Part shown: one piece after another, positions 17,275 to 26,059 of the stretch
Position numbering within the stretch: the stretch's first letter is position 1
Layout: every line of letters begins with the position of its first letter
Origin: Candidatus Saccharimonadales bacterium
Lineage (GTDB): Bacteria; Patescibacteriota; Saccharimonadia; Saccharimonadales; SZUA-47
NCBI GenBank assembly: GCA_038211855.1
Contig: JBBQVE010000007.1
Coordinates: 53-64,052 of the forward strand
Direction of reading: 5' to 3'
DNA: 64,000 bases
Position numbers and translations under genes: made by a program
The notes under the pieces: generated by a model
What the model saw: only the letters and a program-made list of their open reading frames with translations
What the model was told of the DNA's origin: nothing
The model's database searches: none

Positions 17275-17700
17275 CTATTTAGGTGTGACGTCTAGGGATA
17301 GATGTGCCCTGTCGCGCAAGTGATCATGCACGGTAAAACGACCGACCTGCGTGGCCTTAATTTCTAAAAACTCTTCAGGCCCTAAGGTTTGCATAGTAAA
17401 ACCAGAATAGTCAATGTGCTGGTCGTGGGTTCCAAAGGCTACGGAGTACTCGCTCGGTCCTGTGTTGCTGATTTTTAGCGTATCACAGCGCGGCATTTGG
17501 ACGTGATTAGGCACGAAGCTATCATCAATCAATGAAATGCTGTGAACCGTACCGCCGTCCGGACAATCTATACTATTCGCATGGCTATTTAAGCGGTTGG
17601 AAATTCCAAATATAACTAAAGCGCAGGCAGACAGGCCAACAAAAACGTCGAACCATAATCGCTGTCTGATGTGACGAGTTTTTTTCATTTTTTTAGTCAT
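17275..17700 (-). CDS. Membrane-anchored cupredoxin-like domain protein (function unknown)
   Basis: Start chosen at MTKKMKK, which avoids overlap with the GH6 gene. One TM helix, then a beta-rich domain (FVPNHVQMPRCDTLKISNTGPSEYSVAFGTHDQ...GRFTVHDHLRDRAH) resembling EfeO-type cupredoxin-like domains. Confidence 0.5.
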   Translation of the reverse strand: MTKKMKKTRHIRQRLWFDVFVGLSACALVIFGISNRLNSHANSIDCPDGGTVHSISLIDDSFVPNHVQMPRCDTLKISNTGPSEYSVAFGTHDQHIDYSGFTMQTLGPEEFLEIKATQVGRFTVHDHLRDRAHLSLDVTPK

Positions 17701-17720
17701 ATCTACTACTTTTAACGTGC

Positions 17721-18863
17721 TTATTGCCGCAATTCTTGTGGCCAACGGTTCACCAAGCCAAGCGCATAGTCCGGCCACCAAGTACCAGCAGTCGGACCGC
17801 CGAAGCACTTATTCCGATCGGGATCCTGACCATCAGATTCCCCCGGAATTTTAATATAAAGGTAAGCATCGGTTAATGGCCGACCTGTATTTGTCGTTGG
17901 GTGATTCCCAAGCGCTCTATCCGGCGGATTGCACCATGAAAAGTCATCATAGACTGGGTTTTTATAGGGTCCAGCACCATTTCGGGAGGTGTCGATTACA
18001 AAATGCTTGCCATTAAGACGTGCAGCAAGCAGAGCGCCGTAACGCTCACTATTGTTGGTAGTCTGAAAGTTTGAGACATTCAGACTGAAGCCGTCAGCCT
18101 GATCGATACCGGCTTTTTTGAGTCGGTCAGCTAGTTGATCGGTGTCCTGAACCCAGGCGCTATTACCGGCATCGATATATGCCTTTACGCCCTTTTGGGC
18201 TTTAAGTGTTGTCGTGGCATAGCGGATTGCTTGGTAAGTCTGATCCCGCTTGTGATCTGTTAAGCAAGGCTGACCGTCATTCATATTTTCATCGATCCCA
18301 GCGAGGGCATCGGGTTCAATTATGAGTATTGCTTGGTCACTCCCTACGAGCCCAGCCAGTTTGTTAATAAACTGTTTGTAACTGTCAAAACTAGACGCTC
18401 CTCCCGCAGAATAACTTCCGCAGTCGCGATCGGGAATATTGTATATAACCAGAACCGGCGTTGCCTTTGCCTGTCTCGCTTCGCTTAAGTAGCTGCCGAG
18501 TGATTGTAGACTGTCGTCAGTGGTCAACCATCGTGCCATTGGTTCAGAAGCTAGTTTGGACATCGCAGCGGCCTGCTGAGGTTTTGAACTACGCCACTCA
18601 ATTGCTTGTTGTGCGGCGCTGGAATGAGGATCAACGAACAAGCGACTATCGGCCGAAAGATTTGACGCTTGATCAACGGATGGTGTTAGGTCTGAGCTCT
18701 CTGCCCTCGTCTTATCATTGTGAGCAGTTGTATGAACCTTATTCCTATCTACTATAGCCAGCACCAAACTGACTATGAGCAGAGAGCTCACGGCTACCAG
18801 TGCCATTCGGCGCTGATTGCTGTGTTTATCATTTCGACTAGTTGATCGGTAACGGTGACGCAT
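17721..18863 (-). CDS. Glycoside hydrolase family 6 (endo-beta-1,4-glucanase-like, CslZ-like), N-terminally anchored
   Basis: VLVIYNIPDRDCGSYSAGG and ILIIEPDALAG match the two GH6 hallmark motifs. TM helix near the N-terminus. Confidence 0.85.
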   Translation of the reverse strand: MRHRYRSTSRNDKHSNQRRMALVAVSSLLIVSLVLAIVDRNKVHTTAHNDKTRAESSDLTPSVDQASNLSADSRLFVDPHSSAAQQAIEWRSSKPQQAAAMSKLASEPMARWLTTDDSLQSLGSYLSEARQAKATPVLVIYNIPDRDCGSYSAGGASSFDSYKQFINKLAGLVGSDQAILIIEPDALAGIDENMNDGQPCLTDHKRDQTYQAIRYATTTLKAQKGVKAYIDAGNSAWVQDTDQLADRLKKAGIDQADGFSLNVSNFQTTNNSERYGALLAARLNGKHFVIDTSRNGAGPYKNPVYDDFSWCNPPDRALGNHPTTNTGRPLTDAYLYIKIPGESDGQDPDRNKCFGGPTAGTWWPDYALGLVNRWPQELRQ

Positions 18864-19062
18864 GAATGAATGGGGTCCTGTTGCCGTCCAGACGGCATAT
18901 TGCGTTCTTTCTATGCATATTTTACAATGAATATTAGAATATTACAACCATAAGGTATTAACCTTTTCTGACTCTTAGATTATATAAGTATCCGAAAAAA
19001 GCACGAGTTTCCACAAAAAAGGCGTATATTTAAACTATAAGCTTTTAATGAAAGGGTACCAC

Positions 19063-19386
19063 ATGAGTAATCGTAAGAATCTCCCCCAAGACGGCTTCAG
19101 CGCCGTAGAGGGGGTGTTGCTCGTTATTATCATAGCAGTCGTAGCTGGAGCAGTCTTGTTTGTACATAATAAGAACCAGAAAACTGCTACCAATGACGCC
19201 ATCACCACAGCAGCCGTCGCCACAACCGCTGCCAAAGCCAGTGGGATCGATCAACAGAATATTCAAGAAGCTCAGGACGAGGCCGCCATCAATAGTACGC
19301 ATGAATCAAGTGAACAAACTGATGCCATCAGCGCCAACGCTTCGGCCACAGATATGGGAGGAGCCTACAATGAATCGAATTTCTAA
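19063..19386 (+). CDS. Type IV pilin/pseudopilin-like protein
   Basis: Class III signal: MSNRKNLPQDG|FSAVEGVLLVIIIAVVAGAV, with Gly at -1, Phe at +1 and Glu at +5. AAGGG Shine-Dalgarno sequence precedes the ATG at 19063. Confidence 0.75.
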   Translation: MSNRKNLPQDGFSAVEGVLLVIIIAVVAGAVLFVHNKNQKTATNDAITTAAVATTAAKASGIDQQNIQEAQDEAAINSTHESSEQTDAISANASATDMGGAYNESNF

Positions 19387-20134
19387 CCTAGTCCGCACTG
19401 CGGGTCTAAGTATCGGGCTTATCGGTGTGGCATCAATCGTCCCCGCAACGACCTACGCAGTAGCTTCTGCCAAGACAACTAGCTCTTTCTGCACGAATCT
19501 ATCTACAATTGTCACAAAGGTAAACAGCGGCGTCACAGACCGTAGCAGCAAGCATGATGTCGCTCGCACCAAGCGTACCACCGACATTGCTGCTCACCGT
19601 ACAAAATGGGATTCTGATTTGGCTGCTAACCGCACCAAGTGGGATGCCCTACGGACTGCCAATTTCTCAAAGTTAGAGGCTAAAGCCACAACCGATAACC
19701 AAAAAGCCGCCGTTAGCACCTACGTAGCCAGTATTAAAGCAGCTATTATCACTCGACGCAGTGCCGATGATGCTGCCCGTGATACCTTCCGTGCAGGTGT
19801 AGATGCCTCCATTGCAGCACATCAGTCAACGATTAGTGGCCAGATTGACACGTTCAAAGCATCGGTTGCCAGCGCAATTGCGACCGCAGAAACTGGCTGT
19901 ACGACTAACGCCGCAAATGGCCCTGCCCTACGCACTGTCTTCATGTCGAGCCTCAAAACTGCCCGTACTACATTCGTCAGTGCTCGCAAAGATGACGCTA
20001 AGCTTTCCACGGATGTAAAAGCGCTCTCTGACGCCAAAAAAGCCGCCATTGCCACACATGAAGCAACCTTCAAGACAGCCACCGCTGCTGCCCGCACGAC
20101 GCTCAAAGCAGCTTTTCCAAAAGCTGATATCTAA
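19370..20134 (+). CDS. Secreted alanine-rich helical repeat protein, unknown function
   Basis: Start chosen at MNRISNLVRTAGLSIGLIGVASIVPATTYAVASA (signal peptide). Overlaps the pilin stop by 17 nt. Repeats of the type AAHRTKWDSDLAANRTKWDALR. Confidence 0.6.
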   Translation: MNRISNLVRTAGLSIGLIGVASIVPATTYAVASAKTTSSFCTNLSTIVTKVNSGVTDRSSKHDVARTKRTTDIAAHRTKWDSDLAANRTKWDALRTANFSKLEAKATTDNQKAAVSTYVASIKAAIITRRSADDAARDTFRAGVDASIAAHQSTISGQIDTFKASVASAIATAETGCTTNAANGPALRTVFMSSLKTARTTFVSARKDDAKLSTDVKALSDAKKAAIATHEATFKTATAAARTTLKAAFPKADI

Positions 20135-21129
20135 GCGAGGTCAGGTGCAATAGTGAGCTTGCTTCTCTGGTCTTTTAGTCTGTTGGCTTCTTTTAGCGAC
20201 AATCCACCAAGAATTCGAACAAACTGTAGAACACTCTTGCGTGCACTTTCACCACTTTTACTTAGCTCGGTATTGTTTTGTATCTGAAGTTTTCTGATAA
20301 CCGGCTGCAAGATATGATTCACGTGTACCCTTGAATCATAGATGCCAACAATCGCGATTTGACTACTTTTTGTATCGAAGTCAGTGATGCCTGTACCTGG
20401 CATTTCAAAATTCTTAATAATTCTAAATAGTGATTCCATCGCTTTATCTGGCAGAATTTTGAAGGCTTCCATAGCTAGCCCAAGATAAAACTTGTGATGC
20501 CGACTTTCGTCGCCCATCACCTTCACAATACCGCCCGCCACTTTCAAGACGGCAGCTCTATCCACATCACTGCTAAGAAGGTTAGCTTCGGCTACCATTC
20601 TGGCTGCAGTCCGTTTATGCGACACGAGAGTCGCCAATTCCTGAATAGCAACGTACATAATACCGTCTAAGGTTCTTTCGAAGCGAGGTACGACACCGCC
20701 AGAAACCTGCTTCATTCGGTCGTCTTCTAGTAAGACCGGATCCACAAGACGCATAGTCATTAGACCCGTTCTGATGACTTCAGCATGTCTGCCTTCCTCA
20801 GCAGTCCACCTCAACCCCCATTTCCCCCACACACTTTCACCACCAAATAAATTATCAATCTCGTCAAAGTAATATGGTAAATTATCTTCGGTCAGTAAAT
20901 TTACGAACAGCGCACTAGTTAGCTCTGGGGAAAGGAGCGACTCTTCAGGCGTCCAGAGATAATCAGGATCAAAATCTTTGCCGTATGACCAAGGGGTTTC
21001 TTTGTGTGGGTACCATATATGTTTTTCGCTGAGCACCATATGCTCATCATAAAGTCTGTTTGCAGCTGGTTCTAATTGTGCAAGCAACTCAAGATCGGGC
21101 CTCTCACTTGCGTTTTCAATGGTTGACAT
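20131..21129 (-). CDS. Soluble di-iron acyl-ACP desaturase family protein (DesA1/DesA2-like)
   Basis: Two E..RH iron-binding motifs: WTAEEGRHAEV and MGDESRHHKFY. Confidence 0.8.
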   Translation of the reverse strand: MSTIENASERPDLELLAQLEPAANRLYDEHMVLSEKHIWYPHKETPWSYGKDFDPDYLWTPEESLLSPELTSALFVNLLTEDNLPYYFDEIDNLFGGESVWGKWGLRWTAEEGRHAEVIRTGLMTMRLVDPVLLEDDRMKQVSGGVVPRFERTLDGIMYVAIQELATLVSHKRTAARMVAEANLLSSDVDRAAVLKVAGGIVKVMGDESRHHKFYLGLAMEAFKILPDKAMESLFRIIKNFEMPGTGITDFDTKSSQIAIVGIYDSRVHVNHILQPVIRKLQIQNNTELSKSGESARKSVLQFVRILGGLSLKEANRLKDQRSKLTIAPDLA

Positions 21130-21156
21130 GCAACTAGTATACGCTACCTACTATGT

Positions 21157-22767
21157 CTACAATTTATTGACGCGGATCATATGGGCTTTGGCAAATTCTT
21201 CGGTCATGCCAATTTTTTTACCGGGGTTGAAGATATTTTGCGGGTCAAACAGATTCTTGGTGGCTTTAAACAGCTCGATAACATCGGGGCTAAACATCGA
21301 TGGCAGGAATGGAGTACGAATCAGGCCGTCGTTGTGGTCGACGCTCATGCTGCCGCCAAAGGCGAAAACCAAGTCATAACTACGACGCGCCAGTTCAAAA
21401 ATCTCATCTGGTGCAGTTGGTTTTTCCATATTAATGAGTGGAATCAGACGAATGCTGCCGTCACCGATGTGCCCCGCATTGGTATAGATCATGTCGTAAT
21501 CGCTCAAAATAGCTTCCCAGGCCGCCAAAAACTCGCCGTAATGATCGACGTTGATGATTGTATCTTCAATAAATGGCACTGCCCGAGTATGTGGTGCCGG
21601 ATGCGCTTTTAATAGTGCGTAACTGGCGCGGCGAATCTGCCAATGTGCTTCAGCTTCGTTATCGTCTTCGACATAATGAACTTTGAACTTCTTACGTTCC
21701 AAAGCGGCTTTGCAAACATCCGCATAGTGGTCGGTCTGATCTTTGGTGTGCTCAATAAACTGCGCCATCAACACAACTTCATGACCTTTACTAATGCCGG
21801 CAATCGCTGCCATCTCGGGCATATATTTTTCGGCCAGTTCGTAGGTGTAGTGATCATAGAGCTCGAGTCCTTCCGGATGACTGGCGGTAATGGTCTGTAA
21901 AGCAACTGCTAGTTGATCGAGATTATTAATAGGAATAACTAGCATCCGACGGTGATGCAGCTTCTCAACCAGACGTAGTTTTACAGCCGTCACCATGCCG
22001 AGCGTGCCTTGCGAGCCAACAATCAATTTCGCCACGTTAAAGTCATCTTGTTGCTTATTGATGACGTGCCACAGTTGATAGCCGGCGGCATTCTTGCGGA
22101 CTTTCGGACGCGCCGCTTCAAGCAAATCCCAGTTGTCTTCGATTAATTTATCGATCTCACGGTATATATAGCCTTCGTAGGAGTCTTGGCTGGCACGGCG
22201 GGCAAATTCGTCAGCATCAATCGAGCCGAATTCGTATTCGTTGCCGTCAGAACAGATCATGCGAACGGCTATGACATTATCAACCGTGGCGCCAAAACGA
22301 ATGCTCTTTTCGCCGCTAGCGTTGTTGCCGACCATGCCACCAATCGTGCAGAGGTCTTTACTGCTGGTATAGGGCGCAAACAACAATTTTTGGGGCGTTA
22401 ACTGTGCCTCAACATCGCGGTAATACGTCCCCGCTCCCACCCAGACACTTTTTTCTTTATGATCAACTTCGGCCATCCAGGTAAAGCCTGGCTTCATATC
22501 AACGGAGACACTTTCGGTCAGTGACCCACCAGACATACAGGTACCTGCCGCCCGTGCCGTCAAACTGACGTTCTGGCCACTTATTTTCATTTGGCTGGCA
22601 TTTTTGACGAGCGTCTTTAGATCCTCATCATCTTTTGGCACAGCAACAAACGCCGGCATCACCTGAAAAATACTGGCGTCGACACTGGCTTCTGTCCTGC
22701 TTGTTTCATCGGTTTTAATTTCGCCGCGGAAATTCTGCCGTAACTGATTAAGGACCCACTCTTCCAT
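21157..22767 (-). CDS. FAD-linked oxidase (GlcD/D-lactate dehydrogenase-like)
   Basis: FAD_binding_4-type N-terminus (TARAAGTCMSGGS, GGMVGNNASGEKS) and a C-terminal FAD-oxidase domain ending in IFNPGKK. Confidence 0.75.
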   Translation of the reverse strand: MEEWVLNQLRQNFRGEIKTDETSRTEASVDASIFQVMPAFVAVPKDDEDLKTLVKNASQMKISGQNVSLTARAAGTCMSGGSLTESVSVDMKPGFTWMAEVDHKEKSVWVGAGTYYRDVEAQLTPQKLLFAPYTSSKDLCTIGGMVGNNASGEKSIRFGATVDNVIAVRMICSDGNEYEFGSIDADEFARRASQDSYEGYIYREIDKLIEDNWDLLEAARPKVRKNAAGYQLWHVINKQQDDFNVAKLIVGSQGTLGMVTAVKLRLVEKLHHRRMLVIPINNLDQLAVALQTITASHPEGLELYDHYTYELAEKYMPEMAAIAGISKGHEVVLMAQFIEHTKDQTDHYADVCKAALERKKFKVHYVEDDNEAEAHWQIRRASYALLKAHPAPHTRAVPFIEDTIINVDHYGEFLAAWEAILSDYDMIYTNAGHIGDGSIRLIPLINMEKPTAPDEIFELARRSYDLVFAFGGSMSVDHNDGLIRTPFLPSMFSPDVIELFKATKNLFDPQNIFNPGKKIGMTEEFAKAHMIRVNKL

Positions 22768-22829
22768 CTATAAAATCATACCACGCTTATGCTTGGGGTC
22801 ATACGGGATTTTTAGTGTAGAATAGGCAT

Positions 22830-23480
22830 ATGCATATTGGCGCCAAACAATCCGAGTCTCGATTGCCCATATACGCCTCAATCATCCTCATGGTAGGCCT
22901 ACAAGTCCTCATAAATGACCGCCTGACGCTTGGCCCAAAATATTTTCTGGCCGTTTTAGAGCTCACATTGCTTTCTGTTGCAGCACTTGCACACCAAAGC
23001 GGCAAGGAGTCGCTGCGTGAAGTAAAACGCTATTTTTCATTTATGTTACTCATGGTGGTGACAGCTGCCAACATCGCCTCACTCATTTTAGTCGTCAAAG
23101 AGCTCATTACGCACACCGGCATTCCCGGCCATACCCTCCTCCTCTCGGCGCTCGCGATTTATCTCACAAATATCCTAATCTTTGGACTGTGGTACTGGGA
23201 GATGGACAGTCCGGGGTTATCGGGCTTTATTGAGCCGGCCAGCGGACCTGATTTTCTGTTTCCGCAGATGAGCGTACCAGACCTTCACCCTGCTTGTAAG
23301 AATTTTGAACCGCTCTTTTATGATTACTTGTACATTTCCATTACGAACGCTACGGCTTTTAGTCCGACCGATGCCCTGCCGCTGACGCACCGCGCCAAAC
23401 TGTTGATGGCTGTTCAGTCAATGACGTCCCTCGTCACCATCGCGCTCGTCGCCGCCCGCGCCGTTAACATCTTGAACTGA
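22830..23480 (+). CDS. DUF1345-like integral membrane protein
   Basis: Multi-TM protein. YISITNATAFSPTDALPL segment is typical of the family. Confidence 0.5.
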   Translation: MHIGAKQSESRLPIYASIILMVGLQVLINDRLTLGPKYFLAVLELTLLSVAALAHQSGKESLREVKRYFSFMLLMVVTAANIASLILVVKELITHTGIPGHTLLLSALAIYLTNILIFGLWYWEMDSPGLSGFIEPASGPDFLFPQMSVPDLHPACKNFEPLFYDYLYISITNATAFSPTDALPLTHRAKLLMAVQSMTSLVTIALVAARAVNILN

Positions 23481-24415
23481 TGAAGAAACCGAAGGAATCA
23501 CCGGTTCGCCGCTGGCTTGAGCTTGTCGGTGCACTTTTGCTTCTGTACGGTGTCTATAGCCAACGTCATGTTCTGACAAACTCCCTTTCGACGATTCGGC
23601 ATGCCAGTGAAGTTCCAACCATTGCCTGCTTTGCCTTAAGTTGGTTTCTCTTTGTGTGGAGCGCGCTGGGCTACCGTATCCTTCTTCAAAAATCGATTAA
23701 ACTGCATTTAATTATGCTAGCGCACCTGGCCGCCGGCGGCCCAGGGCGAGTGATACCTGGCGGTGCTGGCTACCTCAGCATCGGTACGCTTTTCTTGCGT
23801 AAATCAGGGCTCAAACTGTCAAATGCGCTCGCAATTGCTTTGACCAGTAATCTCGCAGGACTGATTGTCAACGTTGCTGTGTTGTGCATCGTTTTCATAG
23901 CCAGTCCGAGCCTACTTCGGTCGCTCCATATATCAGCTAAAAATGCTCTTATCTTATTGGCAATAACAGCTGTCATTGTTGGTATTCTCGCAGTCGCCAG
24001 ACGCAGTAAAAAAGTCAAAAAAGGCACCGATGAAGCCGGTAAAGAGTTCAAAAAACTCTGGCAACGGTTGCTACACGATCCTCTGCGCCTTCTCGGACTT
24101 ATTGGCATCATGTTGGCAACTATCCTCACCAATAGCTTCATGCTTTACCTCGCTGCCCACGCAGTAGGCCTGCACTTGCCACTGATCAGCGCCCTTGTGG
24201 CCATGAGCACCGGCGTGGCGCTCGGCAGCCTCGTACCGACTCCTGGCGGCATTGGCGGTGTTGAGGCTGGTTTAATCGTCAGTATGCATGCCCTTGGTTT
24301 TAACATTGAAATAGCAACCTCCGCAGCTCTGCTGTACCGCGCGGCTACTTATTTGCAGCCGTTTATTCCTGGTATCGGTGCGTATTTTTATCTGCGCAAA
24401 AAACAGCTACTTTAA
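23480..24415 (+). CDS. Flippase-like / lysylphosphatidylglycerol-synthase transmembrane-region family protein (UPF0104)
   Basis: Multi-TM protein with the PTPGGIGGVEAGLIVSMHALG motif. Its start abuts the previous stop (TGATG). Confidence 0.6.
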   Translation: MKKPKESPVRRWLELVGALLLLYGVYSQRHVLTNSLSTIRHASEVPTIACFALSWFLFVWSALGYRILLQKSIKLHLIMLAHLAAGGPGRVIPGGAGYLSIGTLFLRKSGLKLSNALAIALTSNLAGLIVNVAVLCIVFIASPSLLRSLHISAKNALILLAITAVIVGILAVARRSKKVKKGTDEAGKEFKKLWQRLLHDPLRLLGLIGIMLATILTNSFMLYLAAHAVGLHLPLISALVAMSTGVALGSLVPTPGGIGGVEAGLIVSMHALGFNIEIATSAALLYRAATYLQPFIPGIGAYFYLRKKQLL

Positions 24416-25293
24416 GTGCCTGATCTTTTGGCTTTTGCCGGTCGAATAATATCCGATAGGTCCATTGGTACAATACCTGCGAAGTAAAGACTGTGAAAGG
24501 CTCTGGAAAGTCCTTTTTGTCTATATTCCTGCGGATCCATCTTCTTGTCTAAACCAAATTTTACGGCAAAATCTACTAGACCGAAGCCCAGCTGAGTTGT
24601 GTAATCCGTGAGACTTTGCGCAAACTGAAGAGAAAGTTCATCGCGAGCCTCCTGTGGCGTCGCGTTCATGAGATACGAAGCGCCGAGTCCGTAACGAATT
24701 CTGTTCACTCGCTGAACTTCTTCTTCATCAATTTCGTAAGGATAGAGACTGGCTTCGATTTTACCGGCGCATTCCAGTTCTTCAAGCGTGCGCTGAATCG
24801 TTTCGGCATCATGAAGTGCCTCCTGTATCTGTACGACTGTCTTCATTCGTTTGGCAAATTCTTTTGTCTCGCGACGATATGATTCTGTATCAAGGTCACC
24901 TGTCCGAACATCACTCCTCATATTATCTATTTGAGTGCGGTATTCTCTTGCATCGAGAGCACTATGTACGAGCCCGACCCAGGCGAATGCCATTCCAAGA
25001 TAAATACGCCGTGCGTCCTGCTGATTAACGCCAACAACATCCGAAAATAGGGGTTCCCAGGTCTCGCGTAAAGCATCGGTGTTGCATATGACAGTGATGT
25101 CACGCGGCTCGCTCTCACTGTGTTCTAAAACGGGAAACGGCATGTAGGCATCGGCGCCTGTAACGCAGACAATTTCCGTACTATTGATTATAAGCTCAGA
25201 TGGTTGACTGAAGACATCACAATAATTCGCTAACGTGACGTCAAAATCCTGTCGTAGGTCACGTGCAAGTTCGCTTGATTCGACGTTAGCCAT
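24412..25293 (-). CDS. Hypothetical protein translationally coupled to trmD
   Basis: Start chosen at MANVESS, which has an AAGGAG Shine-Dalgarno sequence 8 nt upstream. It overlaps the trmD stop by 8 nt. No recognisable family. Confidence 0.55.
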   Translation of the reverse strand: MANVESSELARDLRQDFDVTLANYCDVFSQPSELIINSTEIVCVTGADAYMPFPVLEHSESEPRDITVICNTDALRETWEPLFSDVVGVNQQDARRIYLGMAFAWVGLVHSALDAREYRTQIDNMRSDVRTGDLDTESYRRETKEFAKRMKTVVQIQEALHDAETIQRTLEELECAGKIEASLYPYEIDEEEVQRVNRIRYGLGASYLMNATPQEARDELSLQFAQSLTDYTTQLGFGLVDFAVKFGLDKKMDPQEYRQKGLSRAFHSLYFAGIVPMDLSDIIRPAKAKRSGT

Positions 25294-25933
25294 TCTGCTG
25301 CTCCTTGCGCCACTTGTCGATTTCGGCATGGTGACCGCTCAGTAGCACATCGGGTACTTTATGGCCACGGAAGTCTTCTGGACGAGTGTACTGCGGGAAT
25401 TCAATTGATACATCATCAGCCTGGAAGCTTTCTAGCTCGGCAGAGTTTTCACCGCCCAGAACGCCAGGTAAGAGGCGCACGACGCTGTCAATCAGTACCA
25501 TTGCCGGCACTTCGCCGCCAGTGAGGACGTAATTGCCAATGCAAAACTGCTCATCTACCCAATTGACGATGCGCTCGTCATAGCCTTCATAGCGCGGGCA
25601 GATGATAATCATACCCTGCTTGTCGGCGGCCAGGTTTTTTGCCCAGGACTGTTTGTAGATTTTGCCTCGCGGTGTTGGCAAAAAGACTTTTGCATCAGGA
25701 TTGGTCTTCTTGGCGTGTTCGATTGCCGCTACCAGTGGCTCAGGCTTCAACAACATGCCATCACCGCCACCATAGGGAGTGTCATCGACAGTTCGTCGTG
25801 CACCGAGCCCAAAAGTACGTAAATCAATTAATTCAAACTCGACTGCTTTCGCTTCTTGGGCCTTCCATAACATTGACGAGTTCAAAACTTTATCGAACAT
25901 TTCTGGAAATAAGGTGATAACTTGAATTTTCAT
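25286..25933 (-). CDS. trmD: tRNA (guanine37-N1)-methyltransferase
   Basis: MKIQVITLFPEMF...DDTPYGGGDGMLLKPEP...CPRYEGYDERI are canonical TrmD motifs. Confidence 0.95.
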   Translation of the reverse strand: MKIQVITLFPEMFDKVLNSSMLWKAQEAKAVEFELIDLRTFGLGARRTVDDTPYGGGDGMLLKPEPLVAAIEHAKKTNPDAKVFLPTPRGKIYKQSWAKNLAADKQGMIIICPRYEGYDERIVNWVDEQFCIGNYVLTGGEVPAMVLIDSVVRLLPGVLGGENSAELESFQADDVSIEFPQYTRPEDFRGHKVPDVLLSGHHAEIDKWRKEQQNG

Positions 25934-26059
25934 AACAATTATGTTGTATTATAGCATTTAAGCGTAAGGTTGTATACCCCTGTATATCGCATTGTAAAAT
26001 TGCTTACTGCTAACGGTTATATATTTTGCTAATCTAAAAGCGATAACTAGGGGTTGCCA

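Noticed and set aside
19160-19369. Long N-terminal extension of the Ala-rich protein ORF (start at 19160) overlapping the whole pilin gene
   Set aside because: The extension is out of frame over a pilin with a perfect class III signal and has a Pro/Ser-rich nonsense-like composition. The internal ATG at 19370 gives a canonical signal peptide.
22775-22800. CCAAGCATAAGC (minus strand, about 22786-22797) and CATAAGCACAA (29900-29910) as further copies of the cassette-end repeat
   Set aside because: Only 11-12 nt match, and both lie inside promoter spacers, between the -35 and the extended -10, of ordinary genes. They are most likely compositional coincidence.
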